Origin: Candidatus Bathyarchaeota archaeon
GTDB taxonomy: Archaea; Thermoproteota; Bathyarchaeia; 40CM-2-53-6
Length of the DNA stretch: 64,000 nt
NCBI GenBank assembly: GCA_963726255.1
Contig: CAVSBL010000002.1
Coordinates: forward strand, 1,504,001 to 1,568,000
Direction of reading: 5' to 3'
Shown: positions 1-8,522 of the stretch, piece after piece
How the letters are laid out: every line of letters begins with the position of its first letter
Numbering within the stretch: position 1 is the first letter of the stretch
The notes under the pieces: generated by a model
What the model saw: only the letters and a program-made list of their open reading frames with translations
Told to the model about the DNA's origin: nothing
Databases searched by the model: none
Translations under genes and position numbers: made by a program

Positions 1-389
1 TATGAGTCGATAGCTTTCATGGCTCCGCTTGTCATGCCTCCTATGACGACTTTACAGCCTTGCGCGTACAGGGCCTGTATTCCCGTTAAGGCTACGTCGG
101 GTTTGGTCTGAAAGTCTTCGATGTAGAACTTGAATGTCGTCGGTATGCCCAACGAGGTCACGTAGGCATTGATGTCAGTCTCTGCGATCTTGACTGTCGC
201 CTGAGCTCTTACACCGTAACTCGAGAAGTCTCCGGTGAGGCTTAGCAGAGCGCCGATTGGAATCACGGATGGCAAAGTAGATGTTAAGGGCGGTGGGGTT
301 GGGTGCAACGCATAACCAAGTCCGCCGCCAATCACGAGCATTACTAGCATCAAAGCAATGACGGGGGGTTTAGTAAGTGTACTAGACGT
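1..389 (-). CDS. Branched-chain amino acid ABC transporter substrate-binding protein (LivK-like), runs off the window edge
   Basis: Manual translation: ..SSTLTKPPVIALMLVMLVIGGGLGYAL (TM anchor)..IPIGALLSLTGDFSSYG..AETDINAY..FYIEDFQTKPDVAL..VVIGGMTSG, a typical type I periplasmic-binding-protein N-terminus. The start is uncertain (ACG at 389 or a downstream ATG). Confidence 0.8.
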
Positions 390-460
390 TTTTCATATCC
401 TCCTCAAAACGAAAAACGTACGCGTCTCGGCGTTTAACATATTTGTACGTAAAATTTGCG

Positions 461-484
461 AAGTATAAGTATAAGTATAAGTAT
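461..484. repeat. Tandem hexamer (AAGTAT)x4 in the intergenic region upstream of the substrate-binding protein gene
   Basis: Read directly: aagtataagtataagtataagtat. Confidence 0.9.
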
Positions 485-613
485 ATTTCCGGATTTTGCC
501 TGCTCGCAACTCTCGCACAATTTGAACACTACCCTCAGATTGGCTGGTCTCAGGTTAACACAACATGCCAATCGACATAGGATTATTGTTGCGCGTGCAG
601 CAGTTCCCTTTAC

Positions 614-1636
614 TCAATTACGTTTGTCAGTTAAGTTCCACAAATCGATACGGGTCCCGATTCCCATCGACTTCGCTAATTGGTAGGCTCTGAAAGCCGT
701 GGATGCGTCTGAGGCGGCTGTCCCTACAGATTTGAAAACGGTTATCTCACTAGGCGAAGTTCTGCCCGGCTTCCTTCCCGCCACTATGGCCCCGATCTCG
801 CTGTAAATGTCTTCTTCTCTTAGAATCCCTTTGGAAATTGGGTAGGATAAATCGCCGACGTTCTTGGCGTCCCAAGTATCCAATACGATTTTTGACGCTC
901 GCTTCATAACTTCCTCGTCGAGTTCTCTTGCATCAGGCGTATGTGATCCGATTCCTGTCACGTGGCAACCTGATGATAGCCATTCTCCCTTGATGATTGG
1001 TTTCGACGAGGTCGTGGCGGTCACGACGATATCTGACTCACGAACTGCATTTTCGAGATTGTCTGTCACGGCGAAGTCTGAGTCGACATGATTCTTCATT
1101 TCCTCGACGAATTTTCGGCATCTCTCGGCATCGAGGTCATAAGCAAACACCTTCTTTATTCTGCGAACTTCGGTCAGGGCAAGTATCTGGGCACGCCCCT
1201 GCACCCCTGTTCCTGCAATGGTCGCCGTAGAGGCATCCTCGCGCGAAAGGTACTTAGCTGCCACAGCGCCCGCCGCGCCTGTTCGGATTGCAGTTATGTA
1301 TGTTCCATCGAGGATGGCTAGGGGTAGGCCGTTCTCAGGGTCAATTAGGATAATCGTTGCAATTACAGTTGGCAATCCCAACTTGTGATTGTTTAGATGT
1401 GTCGTCACGAGTTTCGTTGCCAACGCGTTCGCGCCAGTCAAATAGGCTGGCATCACAAGCATGTTTCCGCCATAACGGTCCATGTCCACCCTCAGCCTAG
1501 CGGGGACGACTGCAGTGCCCAGGCCGACTTCTCTATACGCGTTCTCCACGGCTCTCACCGCTTCGATTGGCGTCAGCACGCGCTCGACGTCCTTTCGCGA
1601 CAACAAAAGAGCTGAATGATGTTTTCTACCTTCCAT
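614..1636 (-). CDS. Ornithine cyclodeaminase/mu-crystallin family protein (candidate Delta1-pyrroline-2-carboxylate reductase)
   Basis: [16 protein letters not shown] Rossmann motif, FKSVG C-terminal motif; directly downstream of the cis-3-Hyp dehydratase-like gene. Confidence 0.85.
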   Translation of the reverse strand: MEGRKHHSALLLSRKDVERVLTPIEAVRAVENAYREVGLGTAVVPARLRVDMDRYGGNMLVMPAYLTGANALATKLVTTHLNNHKLGLPTVIATIILIDPENGLPLAILDGTYITAIRTGAAGAVAAKYLSREDASTATIAGTGVQGRAQILALTEVRRIKKVFAYDLDAERCRKFVEEMKNHVDSDFAVTDNLENAVRESDIVVTATTSSKPIIKGEWLSSGCHVTGIGSHTPDARELDEEVMKRASKIVLDTWDAKNVGDLSYPISKGILREEDIYSEIGAIVAGRKPGRTSPSEITVFKSVGTAASDASTAFRAYQLAKSMGIGTRIDLWNLTDKRN

Positions 1637-1671
1637 CTTGGTCCAGAACCTCTAGTAGACAATGATTGTTT

Positions 1672-2775
1672 TCATTCGATGGTCAGCACTGGTTTGCCTA
1701 GTACTTCCATCTTCGGCTTGATGCCGAGTCCCGGCAATTTGTTCGCGGCCATCCGGCCGTTGACGCGATGTGGAGCGCCTTCTGCGATACTTACAGTAAC
1801 GTAGCTATTGAAGTCGGTTGTTGAGAAGAGGAACTCAGGCGGCGTACTATGCGCTAGATGTGCTATGGCTGCAGTCGTGATGTCGCCTCCCCAACTGTCC
1901 TCAATAGTCATAGCTATGCCCATCGAAACACAAAGGTCACGCGCTTGACGCGCTTTGGTGAGGCCGCCGAATTTGCTGATCTTAATGTTCACCACGTCCA
2001 TTGCTAAGTCAGCCTTACCGCGCAGAAGCATGTCAATGCTATCAATCACCTCGTCGAGCACGAACGGATGGTTCGTCTGGCGGCGAACTGATAGGCACTC
2101 CTCGTAGGTCAAACATGGTTGCTCGATATAGACATCAACATCTTCAACTGCACGCACAACTCGCATGGCATCGTGCATCAACCAGCCGGTGTTCGCGTCC
2201 GCCACCAGGCGGTCGCCCGGCTGCAGCCGTGCGGAGACGGCGCGGATACGTTCAATGTCTGATTCAGGATCGCCCCCGACTTTGAGTTGAAAACGACGAT
2301 AACCTTCTTGTCGATAGGCGGCCACGCGATTGGCCATGCTTTCAGGTGATTCTTGCGAGATAGCACGGTACAGGCCGAAATCTTCGCCATAACGGCCGCC
2401 GAGCAGAACGCATACAGGCTGGCCGGTGACTCGGCCAAGGATGTCCCAACAGGCTATGTCGATGGGAGATTTCACGTAGGGGTGCCCTTTGAGTGCAGAA
2501 TCCATGCGACGGTTCAGACGGCCAAGTTCGAGTGGATCCTCGCCGAGTAGATGCGGTCCCAGTTCAGCGATGCCTGCGCGTACACCGTTCGCGTATGCGG
2601 GGAGGTAATACGGCCCAAGTGGGCACATCTCACCATAACCAATGACACCGGTATCGGTCTCTACACCAACAACTGTGCTGTCGAAAACGGTAACAGATTT
2701 GCCGCCGGACCACTTGTACGCACCTCCCTCAAGAGGAAGGTCAACCTTCCATGCGGAGATCTTCTTGATTCTCAT
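1672..2775 (-). CDS. Enolase-superfamily (mandelate racemase-like) cis-3-hydroxy-L-proline dehydratase-like enzyme
   Basis: VFDSTVV..CPLG..YLPAYA.GVRAG; FQLKVGG; DANTGW, EQP and LDE metal ligands; EDSWGGDI; TDFNSY. Closely resembles the characterised c3LHyp dehydratase/HpbD subgroup as recalled. Confidence 0.8.
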   Translation of the reverse strand: MRIKKISAWKVDLPLEGGAYKWSGGKSVTVFDSTVVGVETDTGVIGYGEMCPLGPYYLPAYANGVRAGIAELGPHLLGEDPLELGRLNRRMDSALKGHPYVKSPIDIACWDILGRVTGQPVCVLLGGRYGEDFGLYRAISQESPESMANRVAAYRQEGYRRFQLKVGGDPESDIERIRAVSARLQPGDRLVADANTGWLMHDAMRVVRAVEDVDVYIEQPCLTYEECLSVRRQTNHPFVLDEVIDSIDMLLRGKADLAMDVVNIKISKFGGLTKARQARDLCVSMGIAMTIEDSWGGDITTAAIAHLAHSTPPEFLFSTTDFNSYVTVSIAEGAPHRVNGRMAANKLPGLGIKPKMEVLGKPVLTIE

Positions 2776-2807
2776 ACTGCAACTCCTCACGTGCTACGAG
2801 AATTCGG

Positions 2808-3212
2808 TCACCATTTCTTGGCTTCGTCTGGCTCGATTACAATTCCCTTTTCAGACTCAATCTTCCTGAGCTGTTCGTATGCTTTGTCAAATAACTCTTC
2901 GTTTAGGTTTGCAAGAGTAAATTGCATAGAGTTTTCCAGGAATTTCTGGAGTTCAAAAGGACTCTTCAACTCATGCGTAACTCCCACGTCTATGTCGCCG
3001 CCTTTCGGAACTCCGACTGTTACGTTCTTTCCATGGAATTTTACTCCCAGCCTTTTCCTTCCCCCCCAGATTGTCAAGGCCAGAACCGAGTCATCGTGTG
3101 TTCTAGCGTATGAGGCAAGAAGCCGCAAACAGTGGAGGTAATTCTCATGAATTGACAGCCTTTCTGAATCGATATTGAATTGCATGTTAGAACCTGTTGT
3201 GTTTTTCGCCAT
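2808..3212 (-). CDS. Hypothetical protein (134 aa)
   Basis: ORF with globular composition; probable start at ATG 3212; co-oriented with the downstream operon. Confidence 0.6.
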   Translation of the reverse strand: MAKNTTGSNMQFNIDSERLSIHENYLHCLRLLASYARTHDDSVLALTIWGGRKRLGVKFHGKNVTVGVPKGGDIDVGVTHELKSPFELQKFLENSMQFTLANLNEELFDKAYEQLRKIESEKGIVIEPDEAKKW

Positions 3213-3357
3213 TCGGTATAGTCCCACGCTTCTCCTATACGCTTTAGACATTAAGTCAGTATTCTCCAGGAGACACCGCGAATCGGATTGCATTGATTCG
3301 CGGAAATTGTGCTTGTGAAGATTGGCGGGGCATGTTACTTCAGGAGATGTTGTCGCG

Positions 3358-3720
3358 TTAGAGGTGCTTTCTAATCTCGGCTTCGGCTTCCTCTGGGGCC
3401 ACAACGTGCACTTTCGGCCCCGCGTCCTCTAGAAGTTTCTTTGCCTTGTCGTGCGCCGGGGCTGGGACGATGAGTACGACGGGTATGTCCAAGGTCTTGC
3501 ATGCGAACAACAGATCAGCCGGGCCCATGCGTTCCTGTTCAGCTGGTACGACCTTGTGAAAATATCCGACTACAACGTTTACCTCGCCCTTGCTAAGGTG
3601 GTTGACGTACTTCCCGTGTCCGTCCCATGTGTTCGCCACCGGCAATGTCTCAACGCCTTCAGCAGCGAGCTTCGACAACAGAAGTGCATCAGTTCCTTCA
3701 AAATAACCAACTCTAGCCAA
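3358..3720 (-). CDS. Hypothetical alpha/beta protein
   Basis: ORF ARVGYFEGTD..NTWDGHGK..VVGYFHK, protein-like composition; probable TTG start. Confidence 0.65.
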   Translation of the reverse strand: MARVGYFEGTDALLLSKLAAEGVETLPVANTWDGHGKYVNHLSKGEVNVVVGYFHKVVPAEQERMGPADLLFACKTLDIPVVLIVPAPAHDKAKKLLEDAGPKVHVVAPEEAEAEIRKHL

Positions 3721-3818
3721 CGGTCTTAGCCTCGGGTACAACTCTGTCCAAGCTCAGGATAAAAGTTTACTAATCCTTTTCTGATTGGTCTGGGCCCAAG
3801 CTTCGTTAGGGACGACTC

Positions 3819-4490
3819 TTGCGTCAGCCGAAGGCTATTCTTTCTTGGTCTTCCGGTAAGGACAGCGCAATGGCACTATACCGAACCCTCACAGGAAAGC
3901 AATTCGAGGTAGTCTGCCTCCTAACAACGCTCAGCGAACAATTCCGCCGGGTTTCTATGCATGGGGTTAGGGAGGAGCTTCTTGACTTGCAGGCAAAGTC
4001 CGTGGGCAAACCCCTGGAGAAAGTGCTGATACCCTATCCTTGCCCGAACCTGGTTTACGAAGAAAAAATGCGGGATGCCCTATCCCGATGGAAGAAAAAT
4101 GGGGTTACGCATGTCATCTTTGGCGACTTATTCCTTGAAGACATTCGGAAGTATCGGGAAGCGAACCTCATGAAGCTTGACCTCAAGCCTGTTTTTCCCG
4201 TGTGGGGAAGGGACACAGCAGGCCTTGCCCGCGAGATGCTGCAGCTTGGTTTCCGATCCATTCTTACCTGCGTTGACCCAAAGAAGGTTGACGCCAAATT
4301 TGCAGGCCGCCAATTTGACAGCTCCCTCCTAACGGACCTACCGCCGAGTGTTGACCCGTGTGGTGAGAATGGGGAATTTCACACCTTCGTCTATGATGGA
4401 CCAAACTTTCATGAACGGATTCCTGTTGAAGTTGGGGAATCCGTGTTACGGGATGGTTTTCAATTTGCGGACGTGCTGCTGAAACGCTAA
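3819..4490 (+). CDS. Diphthine-ammonia ligase-like PP-loop ATP-binding protein (MJ0570 domain)
   Basis: SWSSGKDS PP-loop, FGDLFLEDIR, DPCGENGEFHTFV. Confidence 0.9.
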   Translation: MRQPKAILSWSSGKDSAMALYRTLTGKQFEVVCLLTTLSEQFRRVSMHGVREELLDLQAKSVGKPLEKVLIPYPCPNLVYEEKMRDALSRWKKNGVTHVIFGDLFLEDIRKYREANLMKLDLKPVFPVWGRDTAGLAREMLQLGFRSILTCVDPKKVDAKFAGRQFDSSLLTDLPPSVDPCGENGEFHTFVYDGPNFHERIPVEVGESVLRDGFQFADVLLKR

Positions 4491-4858
4491 CCTGGTTTGC
4501 CACCTGATCTCTTGCGTAAGAAATAGACCGGGATGAGAATCAGGAGGGCCAACTGAAGGGCTGAGCCAACCAGGAACGTAATCGATGCAGGTGACAACCC
4601 TGCCTCCACGAATGATTGATGCTCCGGTTGCGGAAGGGAGACTGCGAGCGTGAGTAGTGAGAGAACGAAAGCTAGTGGGTATGCGATTCTATGCCCCGTT
4701 GCCGCAAGCGCAGCTACGATGACATAAGCCAGCCATCCCACGAGTACCGAGTAGAAAAGCCATCGCGGGACAAGAACGTATAGTTGCAAGAGGAGAAGAA
4801 TCCCCATGGCAACTGACAGATAGATCAACAGGTCTATCGTACGCCTAATCGAAGGCAA
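4487..4858 (-). CDS. Hypothetical 4-TM membrane protein
   Basis: Four hydrophobic segments and a basic C-terminus. Confidence 0.7.
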   Translation of the reverse strand: MPSIRRTIDLLIYLSVAMGILLLLQLYVLVPRWLFYSVLVGWLAYVIVAALAATGHRIAYPLAFVLSLLTLAVSLPQPEHQSFVEAGLSPASITFLVGSALQLALLILIPVYFLRKRSGGKPG

Positions 4859-4952
4859 GGGAATATCCTCGGGAGTGAATTCTAAGATACTAGCGTCTGA
4901 TATGAAGTTGAAGAGCAGAATGAAGAAAAAAGAAAGAGAGGAAGAGATGTTC

Positions 4953-5075
4953 TCAGTGTTTCAGTTCTTCGATTCTTTCCGCCACGCCTTTCAGTTCATT
5001 CTCAAGATTGGTCTTGTATTCTTCAAGCCATTCCAGCTTCTCTTCTTTCGTTAGGAATCTGCGTCCACCACACAT
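4953..5075 (-). CDS. Small coiled-coil protein, DUF5320-like (40 aa; below the ORF-track cut-off)
   Basis: Manual translation MCGGRRFLTKEEKLEWLEEYKTNLENELKGVAERIEELKH; GGAGGTG RBS upstream. Confidence 0.75.
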   Translation of the reverse strand: MCGGRRFLTKEEKLEWLEEYKTNLENELKGVAERIEELKH

Positions 5076-5203
5076 TGCTCAAGCACCTCCTCTAGACCTT
5101 GCCCTCAGATCAATGCGGGGACAAATTTAGCGACTGAGCGACACTGAACCCCGTCACGAATAGGCTTCACGGGACCAAGGCAAAGTGTACGGAAGAAGAG
5201 TCT

Positions 5204-5719
5204 TTACTGCTTGAGTAATCCGTACTCCTTCAGCACGTCTCCATGGCCACGTGCAAAGTCCTGAGTGGTTAGGCCTTCGGGTTTCACGTACCTAAGCTCA
5301 GAGAACCACTCTGGCCGCTCCACCTTATCCTCCAAGGTCCCCTCGTATACGAAACAAAGATCCCAATGTGCGGCCTCTGGATCGTTCGGGTCCTTAGAGA
5401 GATGCGACTGGGCCTGCTGAAACCTCAATTTGCCCGGTTTGCTTATTCCAACCTCCTGGGTCAGAACTCGCATCGCCGCGTCTTCAGGCCTCTCTCCATA
5501 TTCCAAGTGGGACGCTGGAAGAATCCACTTGTTAGATGCCACATATTGTGGTGCGAACTTTTCTCCGACGTAGAATTTCTCAACCCAAATCTCAGGCTTA
5601 ACCATCTTACCTAGAAGGATGCCATCCTTGCCCCTCAGAACGAGGAAGGCCGAAATGCAAGCGCCGCCTTTCGGCACATGCCCCTCCATGAACAGTGCTT
5701 TCTTGATCATTCGGAACAC
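5204..5719 (-). CDS. NUDIX-fold hydrolase (degenerate Nudix box)
   Basis: WILPASHLEYGERPEDAAMRVLTQEVG. Confidence 0.75.
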   Translation of the reverse strand: MFRMIKKALFMEGHVPKGGACISAFLVLRGKDGILLGKMVKPEIWVEKFYVGEKFAPQYVASNKWILPASHLEYGERPEDAAMRVLTQEVGISKPGKLRFQQAQSHLSKDPNDPEAAHWDLCFVYEGTLEDKVERPEWFSELRYVKPEGLTTQDFARGHGDVLKEYGLLKQ

Positions 5720-5758
5720 TCGCAGAAAGTTACGACCCGCTCACAATATAAGAACTAG

Positions 5759-7474
5759 ATGCAGACGTTCAAGACTGGAACATTGACCTCCGCATTTTCA
5801 CAGATCGTAGATGCCAAGCCTCACACCCCAGTCTACACCATGCATAGGTATTTCGCGCGGAGGCCTTGGAACGTCTTTCACGAACTCGTTTCGCACTATA
5901 GCACGGTAGGTGATATTGTGCTAGACCCATTCTGTGGCGGCGGCGTAACCATCGTTGAGTCTCTCAGACTGGGCAGAAAGGCGATCGGGGTTGATGCTAA
6001 CCCGCTGGCAACATACATAACAGAAATGGAATGTAAACCCCTAAACTTGCAATCGTTCCAACAAGCGCTTCTCCACGTTAGCCAAAAAGCCGAATTAGAA
6101 ATATCGCGGCTTTACCGAACGAAATGTGCGGGGTGCAATTCTGAAGCGGTCGCCGATTGGATTGAGTGGGACGAAGCAACAGGGCGAATGATCCGGCTAA
6201 AGTATGATTGCCAGAAATGCGGGACCAGTGGTGAGAAAACGCCTGAACAGCATGACCTCAGGCTTGCGAGGCAAATCACTGAAAACTTTGCCCGATTCGT
6301 AAGCCAGCGGAAGCTTTGGTATCCTAAGACCCGAATACCAAATGGTGACAAAACCAACTCTCTCTTGAGTAAGCACATCAATTTCTTCCACGAACTCTTC
6401 ACGAAAAGGAACGCCCTCGCGCTGTCCATCCTTCATGCTGAGATTAGCCGTGTTGAGGATAGTGAATGCAGGGATTTTCTGAGGTTTGCGTTTAGTGGTT
6501 CATTGAAGTGGGCGAGCCGGCAATCCCACCTTAGAGGTGAAATAGTTGAGGGTTGGGCTATGCATGCCTACTGGGTGTATCCGAGAAGCCTCGAAATTAA
6601 CGTCTGGAACACCTTTCGACGACGAGCGCAGGCCATACTTCGTGGGAAGAAATACAGTAATCAACACCTGGGAAAATTCTGCGTATTTGCACGAGACTTC
6701 AACGAGCTGGCCAAGGGGAACGCTTCTTGCCTCATACTCAATCAGAGCTCTTCAGAACTTCCTTTCCCGGAGAGTTCTGTCGACGCAATCATTACCGACC
6801 CGCCGTACGGTGGTAACGTGAACTATGCTGAACTCTCAGACTATTGGCATATCTGGCTGAGTGAAGGAAAAATCATTGACAAGGGTAGCGAGGTAATAAT
6901 CAACAGGACTCAGGGGAAGGGAGTCGAAGAGTATGAATCGCTTCTTTACGCCGTGCTGAAAGAGTGCTATAGAGTTCTCAAACCCAACCGCTGCCTTGTG
7001 TCCACTTTCAATAGTAGGGACATACGAGTTGTTGCGAGTTTCATAACCGGAGCCTCGAAAGCTGGTTTCACACTTCACCCGGATGGGCTACTTTACCAGA
7101 ACCCCATTCGCCCTTACACCACAACTTTTCACGCGATGCAAATCGGCGCCTTCGTCGGAGATTTCGTCTTCACTTTCGTTAAAGAGAAGACACTGCAACC
7201 ATACAATTCAGGGCCGAGTACTGTTGACCTGAAGGAAATTCTGGCCACATACGTCGCAGATGCTGTGGCAGGGGAAATAACGGAACCGCAGCTAAGGGAA
7301 CGAGCCTACAGGTCAATTATCCCATTTCTAGCCAACAGGGCACGCGTTGACCTGGCTGCCTGCAAGGAGACGGTTGACTTCTTTGAAGCCAAAATGAAGG
7401 AACGTGAACAGGACTTCCGCCAGATCAGAACGAAAATCACCGAAAAGAGAAGACGAAAGTTCAGGCAGAGGTAG
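5759..7474 (+). CDS. Amino (N6-adenine/N4-cytosine) DNA methyltransferase with a Zn-ribbon insert
   Basis: MHRYFARRP, motif I DPFCGGG, CxxC..CxxC, catalytic motif IV TDPPY. Confidence 0.85.
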   Translation: MQTFKTGTLTSAFSQIVDAKPHTPVYTMHRYFARRPWNVFHELVSHYSTVGDIVLDPFCGGGVTIVESLRLGRKAIGVDANPLATYITEMECKPLNLQSFQQALLHVSQKAELEISRLYRTKCAGCNSEAVADWIEWDEATGRMIRLKYDCQKCGTSGEKTPEQHDLRLARQITENFARFVSQRKLWYPKTRIPNGDKTNSLLSKHINFFHELFTKRNALALSILHAEISRVEDSECRDFLRFAFSGSLKWASRQSHLRGEIVEGWAMHAYWVYPRSLEINVWNTFRRRAQAILRGKKYSNQHLGKFCVFARDFNELAKGNASCLILNQSSSELPFPESSVDAIITDPPYGGNVNYAELSDYWHIWLSEGKIIDKGSEVIINRTQGKGVEEYESLLYAVLKECYRVLKPNRCLVSTFNSRDIRVVASFITGASKAGFTLHPDGLLYQNPIRPYTTTFHAMQIGAFVGDFVFTFVKEKTLQPYNSGPSTVDLKEILATYVADAVAGEITEPQLRERAYRSIIPFLANRARVDLAACKETVDFFEAKMKEREQDFRQIRTKITEKRRRKFRQR

Positions 7475-7555
7475 CGTACTATGGAAATCATTCACAGGAG
7501 ATATAGCTCGGGTCAATTGATGTGGAAGATATAGAACTAGTAGTTGTAATCATGC

Positions 7556-8518
7556 TTGTCAGGACAATTTACGGCTCTAAGCTATCAGGGGCATCGTGAA
7601 AATGGAATCGAAGATTCTGCTGGAACTATTTTTGATATAGTAAAGTTCTCAACGCATGACGGCCCGGGCATTCGGACCGCCGTATTCTTCAAAGGCTGCC
7701 CTCTGCACTGTTGGTGGTGCCACAACCCTGAAGGACAGACTCCCGCAGCACAACTCGTTTACAGAGAAGAAAGATGCATCCGTTGCTTCAGCTGCGTAGA
7801 GGCATGCCCGAATCACGCTATCAAAATCCTCGAAGACATTCCAACTCTTCTAAAAAATGCCTGTAAGCTTTCTGGCATGTGCACTATAGCGTGCCAGACG
7901 AAAGCCAGAGAAATGGCGGGGAAGAGACTCAAAGTTTCCGACGTCATGGAAGAAATAGAGAAGGACAATATTTTCTATGACGAATCTGGTGGCGGAGTCA
8001 CCTTTTCAGGTGGCGAACCATTTATGCAACCCGTCTTCCTCCAGAACCTACTTGAAGCCTGCAATGAGAGGAGAATACGCACGGCCGTTGAGACCTGCGG
8101 GTTCGTAAACTCCGAGATTTTACTGAATAGCGGCCGATATGTAGATTTGTACTTGTATGATTTGAAAGTCGTCGATGATGAGACTCATCGTAGGTTCACG
8201 GGTGTCTCAAATGAAGTGATCCTGAAGAACTTGCGGCAACTCTCTCAGGTCCACGACCACGTCATTGTTCGTTTCCCCGTTATTCCCGGCGTGAATGACC
8301 ATGATGCGAACGTCCTTCGATTAGGCGAATTCGTATCGTCATTGGGAAGCGTGAAAGAAATTGATGTTCTTCCCTACCACGAACTTGGCATTGAAAAGTA
8401 CAAGCGACTTGGAATGGTGAACAGGATGCCGGAAATCGAACCGCCCTCCACCTCAGAGACGCGTGCGATAGTGGAGAAATTGGAAGGGTTTGGGTTACTG
8501 GTTAAGGTAGGAGGTTGA
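7556..8518 (+). CDS. Glycyl-radical enzyme activating enzyme (HypD activase)
   Basis: HDGPGIRT..GCPLHCWWCHNPE radical SAM motif, ferredoxin insert CIRCFSCVEACP, GGVTFSGGEP; 4 bp upstream of the glycyl radical enzyme gene. Confidence 0.92.
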   Translation: MSGQFTALSYQGHRENGIEDSAGTIFDIVKFSTHDGPGIRTAVFFKGCPLHCWWCHNPEGQTPAAQLVYREERCIRCFSCVEACPNHAIKILEDIPTLLKNACKLSGMCTIACQTKAREMAGKRLKVSDVMEEIEKDNIFYDESGGGVTFSGGEPFMQPVFLQNLLEACNERRIRTAVETCGFVNSEILLNSGRYVDLYLYDLKVVDDETHRRFTGVSNEVILKNLRQLSQVHDHVIVRFPVIPGVNDHDANVLRLGEFVSSLGSVKEIDVLPYHELGIEKYKRLGMVNRMPEIEPPSTSETRAIVEKLEGFGLLVKVGG

Positions 8519-8522
8519 TGAT

